Program-made: the position numbers and the translations under genes
Assembly (NCBI GenBank): GCA_964016885.1
Contig: OZ024744.1
Coordinates: 61,938,001 to 62,002,000 of the forward strand
Reading direction: 5' to 3'
From: Eledone cirrhosa
Taxonomy: Eukaryota
DNA: 64,000 nt
Shown here: positions 11,838-25,244 of the stretch, one piece after another
Layout: every line of letters starts with the position of its first letter
How positions within the stretch are numbered: the stretch's first letter is position 1
Notes under the pieces: model-generated
What the model saw: the letters and a program-made list of their open reading frames with translations, nothing else
The model's database searches: none
Told to the model about the DNA's origin: nothing

Positions 11838-13033
11838 TTATCCCTCTAAATTATTCTATTTTATTAGGTATATAGTCACAGAAAAGTTAATCTTATCCCT
11901 AACACTGTTAAAATTAGTGAAAGTATAAACATTATCCAGTAATCAACCTCCTGTTTATCAAGGCAATGGCATAGATTTTCTCTCAAGAGATTGATGTCTG
12001 TCACACTGCTGTTAACTTGTTCAAATTAAACCAGCGATGCAAAATAAATTAAAGAGAGAAATAAGAGACTGGATTAACTGTAAGGGTATGTTAATGCTAT
12101 CATCTAGGTGGACTCCCAAATGTACAGAAATAGGGTCCATGAAATGAAATAACACAATTTACACCAATCACAATGCCAGCCAACTAAAGAACCAACCCTT
12201 CCACATACACCAGCAACCATGCCATAAATCTGATAAACATTCAAGACAAGGCACCTGGTATAATTCTTACTGCTCTCTACACTGTGTGAGAGAGAGAAAG
12301 ATAGTATGTGCAAGAGTAACTGTATCCATATGCGTGTGGATATGCATGCATGCATGCATGCATGTATGTATGTATGTAAGTGTGTGTATGCATGCATGCA
12401 TGTGTATGTGTGTGTATGTATGAATGTGTGTGTAAGTGTGTGTATGTATGTGTAAATTGTGTGTGTGTGTGTGTATGTGAGGATAACCATCTACATAATT
12501 CTGATTACATATGAATCATCAATGTTGTGAGAACCAACAGCAGTTTAATATCAATGACTGACAAATTCAATCAACAGTAGCGATTTGACAGTTCTGGGCT
12601 CTTTCAGCCTACCCCACTCTTGATTCTACATTTGAGAAACCTTATATGAATTACAAGAAATACAACAGCCCCACACTTCACCTTGAGCCTTACAGTACCT
12701 ACCTGCACATTGATCATTTCAATGTGATAAGTAATTAAATAAGGTTATATCTTTAGAGATTTCTGCCAAATTACTAATTATAGATATGGATACAATTGTT
12801 GCTGATAAAAGGTGAAAGTTTTAATCTTTTTCCAAATTTTATGGGTACAAAGGTGAACTATGCACAACAACTTAAATCTAGTGAGCTACCAATACCAAAT
12901 ACCACCAATACTACCAGTGGTGAACTATACTATCTCAGACCTGTCAACTCTCTCCATCCGATAGAGAGTTCTCCCACCCACTTTGGGGTGGGTGAGAGAT
13001 GTCTTCTCTTGTGAAAATGGGTATAGCTTTCAT

Positions 13034-13213
13034 TGAATTGGCAGTATCGGTGGAGGGTAGGATATGCTTTCCAGCATAGTTACGTCCCTTTACGATCTGA
13101 GTTCAATTCCCGCCGAGGTTTACTTTGCCTTTCATCCTTACGGAGTCGATAAAATAAAGTACCAGTAATGTACTGGGATAATTGCTGGCCTTGTGCCAAA
13201 AGTAGAAACAATT
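13034..13213 (+). mobile_element. SINE family A
   Basis: tgaattggcagtatcgg...gagttcaattccc...gtagaaacaattat. Confidence 0.9.
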
Positions 13214-13423
13214 ATGTAAAATCTCCCAACTTTGCTTCATTTCTCCCTGTTTTGGAGCATTTTTTACATGGTACTCCCCGTATGGTTTTTTAGAGGTTGG
13301 TAGGTCTGCTATCCACACTACCAAGCTATAGCTAGATAGAATGGCTACTTGGGAATTAACCCGTATGATATCAATCTGGTCGAAACCAGCTCTGGTTCTG
13401 TGAAACAAAACCACTCATTTTAA

Positions 13424-13641
13424 CCCTTTAGCATTTACATTATTTTATATTTACTATTGTATTTTCATGGTAAACACTTTATTTCACAAAATTATCTCAA
13501 ATATCGAATCTATGAGATTTTGATATTATTTATGTTGAGAACAATAGCTTAAAATAAGTATGAGTAGCCGGCCATGGGCAGTTAGAAAAGAATGAGGCGA
13601 GAGAATTCTGGCCGGATACAGCTGGTTTAAATGCTAAAGGG
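13424..13641. mobile_element. TTAA (piggyBac-type) MITE
   Basis: ttaa-ccctttagcattta ... taaatgctaaaggg-ttaa; nested in another TTAA-type element starting at ~13360. Confidence 0.88.
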
Positions 13642-14344
13642 TTAAAGGGTTTTTATTTGAATTGAAATCTTTCAACATAACTATATACGTATAGTAATGA
13701 AATTTGAGTAACTCCCTAAAAATTCTATTTCAATTAGAAAAACAGTCAAGAAAGGGTGAAGTAAAACTTGCTTCTGGATGCTGAATCCAATGACAACTAC
13801 AGAAGCAAAAAGATGGCACAAGTATTTCAGTGAATGTACAAAATCTGGTTCAGGGACACACTGGACAACAATATAAATTTTCTTACTGTGCATTTCCATC
13901 GACTTTCTAATGATGCTATATGCAAGTGAAGCAGTAAAGAAAAGAATGAAAATCAAAGTGTAGGATGCCTTTCACTAAAGATGCTTGAGTAATTTATCCC
14001 ATAATGATATCAGAAATGAAAAAGTTTTTAAGAAGAGCCTCTTCATGAAATCTCCAATACACAGGTGATGGGATAGGCCAGACACATTCTATGGCAGTCA
14101 AATTATGACAATAGCATTGGAAAGGGTTAAGTTGTATTATTGCCAGTAAAAATTGTGCAATGCTGCATGACTAACATATGGGCAGTAAATACTCTTGTAT
14201 TAGTATCACAAGCAGATAAAACATCTCCATTTTACTTACAAAGTGTACAATGGACCATATATTTTGAATTTTGATTTTATAGGTCAGGTAGCTAAGTTAC
14301 ATGTTGGTTTTTCATGTTATATTTTTGTGGGAAAATGTGTGTGT

Positions 14345-14396
<52 letters not shown>

Positions 14397-14999
14397 CTGT
14401 GTGTGTCTGTGTGTGTCTGTGTGCGCCCGAATGTGTGAGTGCGCGCGCGCATGCATGCATGCACGCAACATATCCTCTACTCTCATGTATAGGTTATACT
14501 GATAACTCAGGCCTTCATTTTACATACATTTGCAATGTACGATATATTTGGTATTGTGGTTTTGTAGGTCCAGTAGATAAATCAGATGAGGGTTTTCACA
14601 TAGTAATTTTGAGAAATAGTTGCAACATACACATGTGTGTGTACATAATATATATACATTTATATAATATCATTATGAGAGATTGACGAATGAGGAGAAT
14701 GTGTGGGGGAAGATAACCTTCCTCAGATGGACCCAACAGAGGGACCATCTACTGGTCTCTAGTATGTACCACTTCTCCCCCTTCCATACAGTACTGCAGA
14801 AGACCCACCATCCCATGTGCACGGGATGAAGCAACATCTAGTGGTCTTGTCGTACCTCTCCAAATCTCCACCCTACATACACCTCCCCCCACACCCCTAC
14901 TTTCCACATCTGAGGCACCTGCCTAGATCAACCTATGTATACAAGCATAGAAAGCTGAACATGCTCTCCCACAATGCTGCTGAAATAGCTAAAAACTCT

Positions 15000-15434
15000 C
15001 AGTTCACCCTGTAAAGTGGTCAAGCAGGGGACATGACAAAAGCCCCTAGTCCATGTAAAGTGCACATGTTGGTGCCATGATAAAAGAGCACCTAGCTCTC
15101 ACAGCAAAATGCACTCAGTACACTCTGTAAAGTGGTCGGTTTTGTGCCATGACAAAAAGCACCTCATCCACATTGTAAAGTGATTGTGTCGATGTCACAA
15201 CAAAAAGTGTCCAGTCCACACTGTAAGGTGTTTGTTTTGGTGCCATGATAAAAAGCACGCAGTGATCTCTGTAAATGTGGTTGGTGTTAGGAAGAGCATC
15301 CAGCCATAGAAACCAAGCCAGAAATAGTTCTGTATGAGCAAGACATGGTCACCTGATCTGACTTGTCTCAAATGGGACATGTCTAACCTATGCTAGTGCA
15401 AAAAAATGGACGTTAAATGGTGATGATGATGATA
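15000..15434 (+). mobile_element. RTE-tail repeat with tandemly amplified ~45-50 bp subunits and a (GAT)n tail
   Basis: Repeated tgacaaaaagcacc..cac.tgtaaagtgg units, then tgtggttggtgttaggaagagcatccagc and ggacgttaaatggtgatgatgat. A similar copy lies at 16583-16850. Confidence 0.7.
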
Positions 15435-15583
15435 TATTAGCAGTACCAATAACAGGTTAGTGTTACTGCTAATTAATCCCAGTCAAGCCAAATGCACACA
15501 ATATGGTAATTAACTTCTTCAGCAGATGTTTTATGCATTAAAAAGTATATAAACTAGAACTTAATCTCAGTAACAAGTAAGTA

Positions 15584-15634
15584 AACTTCACTGATGATGG
15601 ATTACAAAATCCTGAAACACTAGTGTATGAAGTT
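15584..15634 (+). ncRNA. Minimal type I hammerhead ribozyme (Penelope-like element type)
   Basis: Stem I aacttca/tgaagtt; core CTGATGA (15591); stem II ggatt-acaa-aatcc; GAAA (15614); palindromic stem III acactagtgt; GTA triplet with predicted cut after 15627. Confidence 0.8.
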
Positions 15635-15665
15635 CTCACATAGCAACTGAGACAGATGTGACATG

Positions 15666-15696
<31 letters not shown>

Positions 15697-15707
15697 AGAG
15701 CTATGAA

Positions 15708-15875
15708 TCGTATTTCCCAGTGTCAAAAACGCTACTTTCTTCCCTAAAATAAGTCTCAAAAATCTACCATGCGTCATGGAGGCTGAGGTTATTTTTTTTT
15801 TCTTTTCAAATTTTTGGTTGTCAAAATTAGGGTGCGTCCTCGAGGACGAAGCGTCTTCGGTGCCAGGAAATGCGG
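15708..15875. mobile_element. pogo/Tigger-like MITE
   Basis: Inverted termini cgtatttcc / ggaaatgcgg followed by ta. Confidence 0.45.
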
Positions 15876-17095
15876 TAATTATATATGTGCGTGCGCGTGT
15901 GTATATATATCATCATCATTTTATGTCCGCTTTTCCCTGCTTGCAAGGGTGTTTATACATATATACATACATAGACACATATACCCACAAATACTCAAAT
16001 ATATACTATATATATATTATTTCGCTAATTTACTCAATCTACCTTCAAACTCAATGATAAACACTATTTGTTACAATATCATTCACATAACATGACAAAA
16101 GGAATAGTTATCCTGTATTCTATGGGAATTTCTAGTTACCAACATCCACTGGAATCAGATATCATACTTCCTGTTACCATTCTAATGGCAACAACAATGT
16201 TATTTTTCTTCTAACAAAAACTGCACATTTAAATCATTGAAAAAGCAGGAAATAAATATTTCAACATATATAATCTGAAGGACTCATAAAAAAGTATATA
16301 ATTTCACAAGAAAAATACACTATATAAATGTTTCTATTAAACAATAACGACAACAACAAAAACAACCAACATGAGTATGAGTATCATCTGCAAGGTTGGG
16401 GTTTAGTTTATATGTGTGTGTGAGTTTTATGTGCGTATGTATAAATAATGATGGTGATGATTTCTTATTTAAGCACGAGGCTAGGAAGTTGGGTGGGAGA
16501 GATAAAGAGTTGATTGTATTGACAATGTGTGTGTGTGAATCATCTTGTTTCAGTTTTAGTTTTATTTAGCTGTTGGTCATGCTTATGACATGACAAAAAG
16601 CACCCAGTCCACCCTGTAAAGTCGTAGTGTTAATGACATGACAAAAAGCACCTAGCCCAACCTCTAAGTTGCCCATTTTGGTACCCTGATAAAAAAAGCA
16701 CCCAGTCCACTCTGTAAATGTGGTTGGCATTATGAAGGGTATCTAGCTGTAAAAGCCAAGTCAAAATCAGTTCTGAGCGAGCAAGGTACAGTCACCTGAT
16801 CTGGCTTGTCTCACAATGGGACACCTTGTCTAACCCATAGTGATGATGATATATGTGTATATATTAATTGATTCTTGTAATGTTCCTGTTAATTTATTAA
16901 CTGCTGGAAATGTTGAGAAGCAAAGTCAACCATGATAGCATACGAATTACAGCATTTATTTACAGCTTCCAAATCACACCCTACAACCATCACTTGCAAT
17001 CAAGTATGACTTGGTAGTGTGTACCACGTATTTGTTCGGGTTGTAGGTGTCCATGAAGTCACAAGCAGACACATCCTGCCTGCTTTTATTTAGCA

Positions 17096-17400
17096 CAGAT
17101 GTTCTCAAACTTTTGGGGCCCCACACCCCCCTCATGGCCACGTAATACCCTCAGCACCCTCAACCCTATTTCCACAGAGACCTGTCTACACACAAATTGT
17201 AAATAATATATATACTATGTATAAATAAATATTTATTTTATTTGTTTTATCTATATATCATTTGGTATTTAATATACTGTTATATCATCTCTACCCCTCC
17301 CCCCCACCCCCCACCCTCTTAGGCTGCAGTGCCCCGCTGGACCTTCTCAACACCAGCCTGGTCGGAGGGGGGGGGGGGGGGGGTACATTGAGAATCTCTG
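17096..17400. mobile_element. hAT/Charlie-like MITE
   Basis: TIR cagatgttctcaa / ttgagaatctctg; degenerate 8-bp flanks atttagca / ttctaaca. Confidence 0.6.
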
Positions 17401-17624
17401 TTCTAACAGAACATTCAGGGTGACAGCTGGAGGAAGAAAGAACTACGCCAACACTAGACGTACTTTATCAGCATGCAATGGATGAAAGGGACAGTACTTT
17501 GGATTGATTTGTACTTAGAACACAGAACAAATATCCAATATTCAATATGCTAAAATCTCTGCCAAATCTTAATAGTACAAAAATAGAGACGGTATCACAG
17601 AGGATGGATATAGAAAATAAAGAT

Positions 17625-18500
17625 GTTTCTTTATTAGCCACAGGGGCACAAAAGAAGGGGACAAATACAAAGGGGGAAGTTTACATACAATAAAAACGTG
17701 TAAAATACTAACACAAATGTAATTTAAAAATTAATCGATTTTCCGCAATAAGGGAGACATTACATATGGGTAACACATACCCCCCAAAAAATGTGCAACC
17801 CTCATCTCCAGGAGTACGAAGAGTGAGTACCCCTTTCCTCTCCTCCTCTTTTTCCTCAACCTACAGGCTGATATAGAGAGAAGGCCCATTCACTCGGGCC
17901 ATTCTCGCCACTTTCACACACCTTTCATAAAACTTGCTGGGGTACAGCCACCTCTTTCTCCATCCTGACTCTTCTAACAAAGTGGTATTTGAAAACAAGT
18001 ATCAGTTGTTGGCCGGAGAGAAAGGTGTCTGACCTCAGCCCTTTTAACCTCGTCCACCATACAACCTCTTTTGCCATAGCTATCACACAAAGGAAAATTG
18101 CCTCTCCTTCGTTTTTGAAGGAGGGTGGCGGTTTGATCATGACAATGGACTCGGTGGTCAACCGGATTGGTCCCACCCGCGACAATAGTCGTTCTACATA
18201 GCCCCACAGGTCGGTAACGCCCGTGCAGTGTACAAATGCGTGCGCAATGGTTTCTTCGTCTCGCATGCATCTCGGACAGATCTTTTTCGAAGGGTCCCTG
18301 CCCAGGCGCCCGTGTCTGTAGAGCTTGTCTTGAACTGGTAGAGCTCCTCGGTAGCACTGCCAGGCCAGGGACTTTTGGAAGTCGTCCATCGGTCCTGGGC
18401 AGAAGGTCCTACCAAACAGGCTGGCCAGTTCGTCTTCCTCTACGCCCAGAGTTTCTGCGAGCGCATCGTCGCACTTGCTGCGGACCAACCCTCAAAAACA
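17625..18500 (-). mobile_element. 5'-truncated Tx1/L1-clade LINE 3' end (zf-RVT region plus 3' UTR)
   Basis: ORF 17925..18488 has WQCYRGALPV...CPRC...ETIAHAFVHC (CCHC zf-RVT pattern). AATAAA near the 3' end; TSD aaaataaagat at 17614-17624 and 18501-18511. Confidence 0.85.
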
Positions 18501-18869
18501 AAAATAAAGATATATCTCTATATTTATCAGGGAGGATGGACATTAATATTCTGGTTTAGAATAGATGCCCTATATCTCTGTATGATTAAGAAAAGGGTTG
18601 ATGTCATAAAATTCATCCGGCCTCACAAGGGACCCTGTAATGAGTATGAAGCTTTCCCTGAAGCCCACAAGGCTAAACTCAACTTACATATAGAAACTAG
18701 TTATTGTAAGTTACTATTGGATACAAGCTAGTAGTGAAATAGAAATATCACAATAATGATGTTTCAAGCAGATAGAGAGGGGCATGGGGGAAGAGAAAGA
18801 GAGAGATGGTGATGATGATGAGAATGTGGGCAGGCATGCTGCCATGGTATCCAATCTAATGTATTGATT

Positions 18870-19060
18870 TGGCAACAGTAGTAGTAGTAGTAGTAGAGAT
18901 AGTGGTGGTGGTGGTGCTGGTGGTGGTGGTGGTAGTAATGGTGACGGTTGTGGTCATAGTGGTGGTGGTGGCAGTGATAGTCGTGGAAGTGGTTGTGGTA
19001 GTATTGGTAGTGGCAATGGTGATAGTGGTGTCAGCTGTGGTATTGATAATAATAACAACA

Positions 19061-19091
<31 letters not shown>

Positions 19092-19107
19092 TAACAGTAA
19101 TAACAAT

Positions 19108-19138
<31 letters not shown>

Positions 19139-20125
19139 GTAACAAGAGAAATAATATAAAAGTAACAGAAACAACAGTATCAACAACAATAACAGCAATA
19201 ACTGCATCAACAACAGTTAAGAGTTACAATACAACACACTGACCAAGTGGTTATGATGATAGTGGTTTGTGTGGGAGTATGGTAAAGTTTATAGGCAGCA
19301 AATTGGCAGAGTCGTTAAGACATCGGATAGAATACTTTATCGTATTCCTCCCACCTCAATGCGTACGCTGAGTTCAACTTCCGCCATGATCAACTTTGCC
19401 TTTCGAGGTTCATAAAAAAAAGTACCAGTCCAGTACTAGAGTCAATTCTTCTTCTATAGAAAAATCGGCTGTGTTCAGACCTGGAGAGGGTTGGGCTCCA
19501 CCAGGTTTAAAAGTGCCTTAGACATGCCGTATGACGGTGCCTCTATGACTCCACAAGGAGGTACGGGATCTTTATCCTTTTATCCTAACCAGCCAACCAG
19601 CCAGCTTAACATCTAGCAAACCACTTAATCATCCTGCAAACCAGCAAACCAACCAGCCAACTAGCCAGCTAACCAACCAGCCAGCTAACCAACCAGCAAA
19701 CCAGCAAACCAACCAACCAACCAACCAGCCAACCAGCCAACCAGCCAGCTAACCAACCAGCAAACCAGCCAGCTAACCAACCAGCAAACCAGCCAGCTAA
19801 CCAACCAGCATCCTAACTTGCTAGTTATCAATATAGCAGACAACATAAATATCCCATTACAACAGAAAACAACAACAGAAAAATAGTAGAGGAGGAATAT
19901 TCATTATTTTTACATCAGCAAATTCCATCCCAAAAAGTCTACTGCTGCTGCTGTTGTTGTTGCTGTTGCTGCTGCTGCTGCTGCTTGTGTTTGTGTTATT
20001 GATAATGTTGATATTGCTGTTGCTGTTATTGTTGCTGCTGCTGTTTGTGTTATCGATAATGTTGATACTGCTGTTGTTGTAGTTATTGATGGTGTTATTG
20101 TTGTTGCTAATGTTGTTACTATTAA
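18870..20125. repeat. Low-complexity triplet tracts (GTG/GTA/CAT/ACA, CTG/TTG) and a CCAA/CCAG tract at 19590-19810
   Basis: Direct reading; source of the poly-V, poly-N and poly-S ORFs. A degenerate family A SINE sits at ~19295-19440. Confidence 0.85.
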
Positions 20126-21379
20126 CATCCTGTAATGATTTAGTATTGCCTGTAGTGTTTTCCCTAGTGGATAGGTCATTGTAAAAATTTAATGATACAG
20201 TCATAGTGCTGTTTTATACTTTTCAAAAATATCTCACCACTGTTGTTTCATGCAGTGCAGGGCATTAAGAGTTGATGCTGTTGTTGTTGATGATGATGTT
20301 GCTATTACAATTATTATTTATTACAACCACCATATTCAAACTGTCTTGTGTGTATGAGACTAAAAAATGTTAATCTGATGCATTAATTAAACTGCTAATC
20401 AAAATTAATTAAAGTAGTACATCATTAGTAGCAGTAGATACTTTTGTTTTGTATTGAGGGTATTATTTTGTTTGTTTTTATTTGTTGAAAAACAACAACA
20501 AAAAAAATGTATATTATTGTTTAAACAGAAACATAAGGCACAAACATGACTGTGTCGTTAAAGAGTTTGTTTTGCAACCATGTGGTTTGAGGTTCAACCT
20601 CACTGTGTCGAAAATTGGAAAAGCCTCAACTTGGACAGCCTCAACTTGAACAATGCCTTGTGAGTGAAAGTTTGATAGACAGAAATTGCATGGAAGCCTG
20701 GCCTGTATTTACTGCTTATGCTTCATAACTTATCAGTTTTACAAAACGAAATCGATAAAATAAGAACCAGAATTGTTTTTGAATTCATAAAAATATAGTA
20801 ACAAATATGTTAATGAATATAGTAACAAATATGTTAATGAATATAGTAACAAATATGTTATGAACTTTAAAATGGATAGAAGGGTGAGATTTAAATATAA
20901 ACATTTCACAAGTGGATTGGTATAAATGATGGATTCTCTTGCCAAGAATGATGTGAGTCCAATTGTTCAATTAAATATTTGGCTCATCCTGTATTGTGGA
21001 GTAAGTGGTTGTGTACTCCACAGACACAATGTGACCAGGCTGAAAATTTAAATTTTAGCAACTGTTCATTAAATGGGGTTACTCACAGTTTCTGTCTCCT
21101 TAATTTCACACACACACCTTGGGTTGATTTGAGGCTTAGGTTAAAAGACAACACAATGGAAATTGACATGAGAGCTCATGAATGCTAAGCTAACTTCTTA
21201 ACCTTGCAGCCATGTCTGTGTCCATATATGTATGTGCATAAGCTGCAACATGGGTTTGAAAAAATATCATACCAAGATAGAGGGGAGGATGGCAAGACAG
21301 AATTAAGAAAAAAACAAAGAGATTAGCAGAGAAAAGAGAAAGACAAAGTTAAATACATGTATATAATATTTATATAGTG

Positions 21380-21556
<177 letters not shown>

Positions 21557-23592
21557 AAGAGATTGATCAACCCAAGCATTATAGTAGAAGAGATCTACCT
21601 AAGGTATCATGTAGTAAGATAAAACCTGAGGCCACATGGTTGCAAAGTGAACTCCTTAACAACATAGCCGTGCCTGATTGTGGTTAACAATTAGAAAAAT
21701 CAATAACAATTTTACATTTGAATTTTGAAAAGAAGAACACTGAGTACCTGACAACATTCCAGATATCAGGTACCTGTTGTGGTCCTCACCCAACCCAGGC
21801 CTATAAGCTCCATCTAAAAAACTTTAGGAAAATATGTCTGACAAAGGTAACGTAACCGTATCTGCTAATTGTTCTGCAAATGCTGTAACCTCAGTGTATG
21901 TCTGCATATTGTCAGCTACAGCAGTGAGTACTAGCAGCAGATTAATCATCTATATTAAACACTGGCACAAACAATGCTATCAGTTTTGAGGGAGGCAGAG
22001 TGTAACTGATTAAATTGATCCTATCGCTTGATTGTCACATTTTATTATATTAACCAATGAAGAAGGAAAAGCAAAGTCAACCAAAGGCAGAGCTGGAACT
22101 TAGAGAATAAAGGAGCTTCCATATAGCAGATCTTACTAATTTGCAGTGAATACTTATGTATAAACATCAACAGGAAGTGAGGGGTGGGACAGAAATCATC
22201 ATACTATCATTAATTTTACACTGCTTTTTCCACGCTAGCATGGGTTGGATGAAATTTTCTATGGCCAGATGCCCTTTCTGATGCCAATTCATATGTTAGT
22301 TTTAAAGTATGGTATACCTATTTGTCCCAAGCCATTAAGCTGCAAGGTGTAATGTTTCTGTAGGACATAAACACTGGTACCTTTTTCTAATTGATGTGTA
22401 AAATTAACCAAAATGTTTGATAACATGTTTGATATTATCTCAATATGTACTTTGATATTCATATATTTTCTTTTGATATATTTATCAAAGTACATATTGA
22501 CATAATAGTATCCATTATCTCCTTGACTTCATTATGAACTATAAAGTCATATTATCAGAAAAAATTCTCTTCTACTCTGTTTCTCATATATCTGTCTAAC
22601 AATTGACATTGTAATCATAACCATTATATGACATTATTGAATTACACATACATAGAATTGTTGAATTATTTTCATCTGAATTGCATCCTTTTAACAAGTA
22701 TGTATAAGAAAGAATCAGAACTATAACTCTAATATAGGGGTCTAATATAAAGACTACTACAGCTGTCACTTGCAATCGAGTATGACTTGGTAGCATGTAC
22801 CATTCTTTTGCTAAGGGTTTTAGGTTGTTTTAGTAAATATATAAATATATATATTATACTATTAATAATGAGTTCAAACCTCAGGCAGTGCTGTTTTTAT
22901 TGATTTATTATTTTAAATCGAGACAGGCAAACTATTATTATAATTAGTATTTTTCAATCTAGCTAACTTTAGTCGTTTACAATACAAACACGGATATGTT
23001 GGTATTTGTGTTTATCAAATATATTAATTTATATTAACTTGTATATATATATATCATCATTTTACATCCATTCTTCCATGCTAGCATGGGTTAGACGGGT
23101 TGTCCCGTTGTCGGCTGACCTTGTCTTGTTAATATGCACACACACACAAGAAGGAATTTGTAGTTTACTTGGAGCATTGTATATGGTATAAAGAATTCGA
23201 AGTTTGAAAGCCACAACAATGGAGGTTGGACGGAAAATAATGAAGTCATAAGAAACAGGGATTGTTTTTTTTACCTTAATTTATTCATATGTCCTATATT
23301 TTGAGATTAATATCTCTTCTTCCGATGTTGCTTGCTATACCAGCATGGTATAGCAAGCCAGTCTCATCGGACAATGATGCAGGGTTTCAACCTTTTTCGT
23401 TTGATCTACCCAGAGTCAACATTTTGGAGGTTAATTTACCCTCCACCCTTTTTGTTTAGTAATTTGAGTAATACACTGACTGACAAAAGGGAAGTTATAA
23501 ATAATTTTAATAATCATAATATTATTTTGGCTTCTAATAACACAAATAGTACAAAATGTTATTATTTCACTTACTTATGGACAACTAATGAT

Positions 23593-23897
23593 GAACAGAA
23601 ATCAGTATTAGGCCCAAAACAGTCAGTTAATATGAACTAAAGAGGGACAGATATTGGTATTAAGACCAAATACAGTCAGTCAATGGGAACAGATGCTGGT
23701 ACTAGGACCAAATACTGTTAGTTAATTTGAACAGATACTAGTTCTAAGACCAAATACAGCCAGCCAATATGACAGATGCTGGTACTACTGCCAAATACAA
23801 TCAGTCAATGTGAACAGATGTTGGTACTACTATTACCAAATACAATCAGTCAATGTGAACAGATGCTGGTACTACGACCAAATACAGTCAGTCAATG
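23593..23897. repeat. ~37-bp minisatellite, ~8 diverged copies
   Basis: Unit gaacagatgctggtactaggaccaaatacagtcagtcaat repeated. Confidence 0.85.
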
Positions 23898-25244
23898 ATA
23901 AAGACATCAATGAATAAAACTTGTTCTTGCTTTTTGCCCATGTAGATACAAAGCCAAACTAAGCAAATTTAACCCGTAGCCACCCTTCTCAGAAGAGGTA
24001 TATTATTTACTCCCTTGATGTAAATTTTCCCACCAGTCTTGAGAACTACTGCAATAATGCACGATGGTATCTATTTAATAATTATTTCCGATTATTCTAG
24101 AAAGAAGAAAAGACCAACAGCAGTTTGAGTAAATAAATTAGACTGAATACAGCCATCAGTAATTATAAAACAAAAGGTTTTAAAATAGATTTCCAAAGTA
24201 TTAAACAAAGAAGCATTGTCAAGAATAAATAATGATTCATACAAGTCTACAAATTTGAAAGATGCTGGGTATATCTTGTAGATAGATTATGGGCACAAAG
24301 ACAGAGGGCAGGGTGACAGCAGGCAGACAGAGAATAGATAGAGAGAGGGTAGATATATTTCAATTGATCCTGCTGTTTAAGTCCACTATTTGTTTTATCA
24401 ATACCAGACAGAAAACAAGTGAACAAAAGGCTGGCTGGCATTGGCAGAATATTAATTTGTAGATAGAACAAATGATGACATAATAATATAATATTCATTG
24501 AATATTATTACAGGAAATATATCATCATCATGTCTGCTTTCCATATTGGCATGGGTTGGACAGATCGTTAAAGTTCAAATCAGTACTTGAACTTTTTATG
24601 ACCATGTTTCTACTGAAATACAATGTATTTTAACTATTTCATTACTAAGATAGTATTGGTAACATAAGATATTTATTTAAAATAATTTTGTAAAATTTTA
24701 ATATAAATAGGAACTTGGTAAAATTGGGGGTTTGGTTTAATAGAACAAGAGGTAGTTTTGTGTGGGTTGAGTTGGGTAGATATTAAAAGTATTAAATATA
24801 TAGTTTCCCTTTAATATACTCTATAAAGAAACCAGTTGAAATTATAAGGAAAGAAATGTTAATATCACACAGAGAAAGATATTCAAACTAAATGATACCT
24901 AAATATATCTTAAACAAGAAAATTATTCTCCTAAATCAGCTGGATTATATATATGAATATATACAAATGAAACAATATTATGCATATAATGCGTTCACAC
25001 ACACATATATATGAGGGTGGAGAGGGCCACTGAGACCAGTAAGACAACCTCTCTAGTGCTGTAATGTGGTGCTGGTGTTAGGAAGGGTATCCAACCAGTA
25101 TATATTAATACCAAAAATTATGAGCACAACAAATAAGTATTGCAACAACTGTGTAAACAGCAATAACACTAACCATGTTAGGGCTGCGCACGGTAGTGGG
25201 GTGGCTAGTGTGACCATGTGCAAAACACCCGACCGTCATCATAA

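Noticed and set aside
13681-14080. Coding-like stretch, possibly an exon or degraded RT
   Set aside because: Stops in the candidate frames and no motif I can identify with confidence.
18869-19159. Poly-Val hydrophobic ORF resembling a membrane protein
   Set aside because: Derived from GTG/GTA triplet repeats.
23593-23897. 37-bp repeats resembling CRISPR repeat length
   Set aside because: Units are contiguous and diverged with no unique spacers; an ordinary minisatellite.
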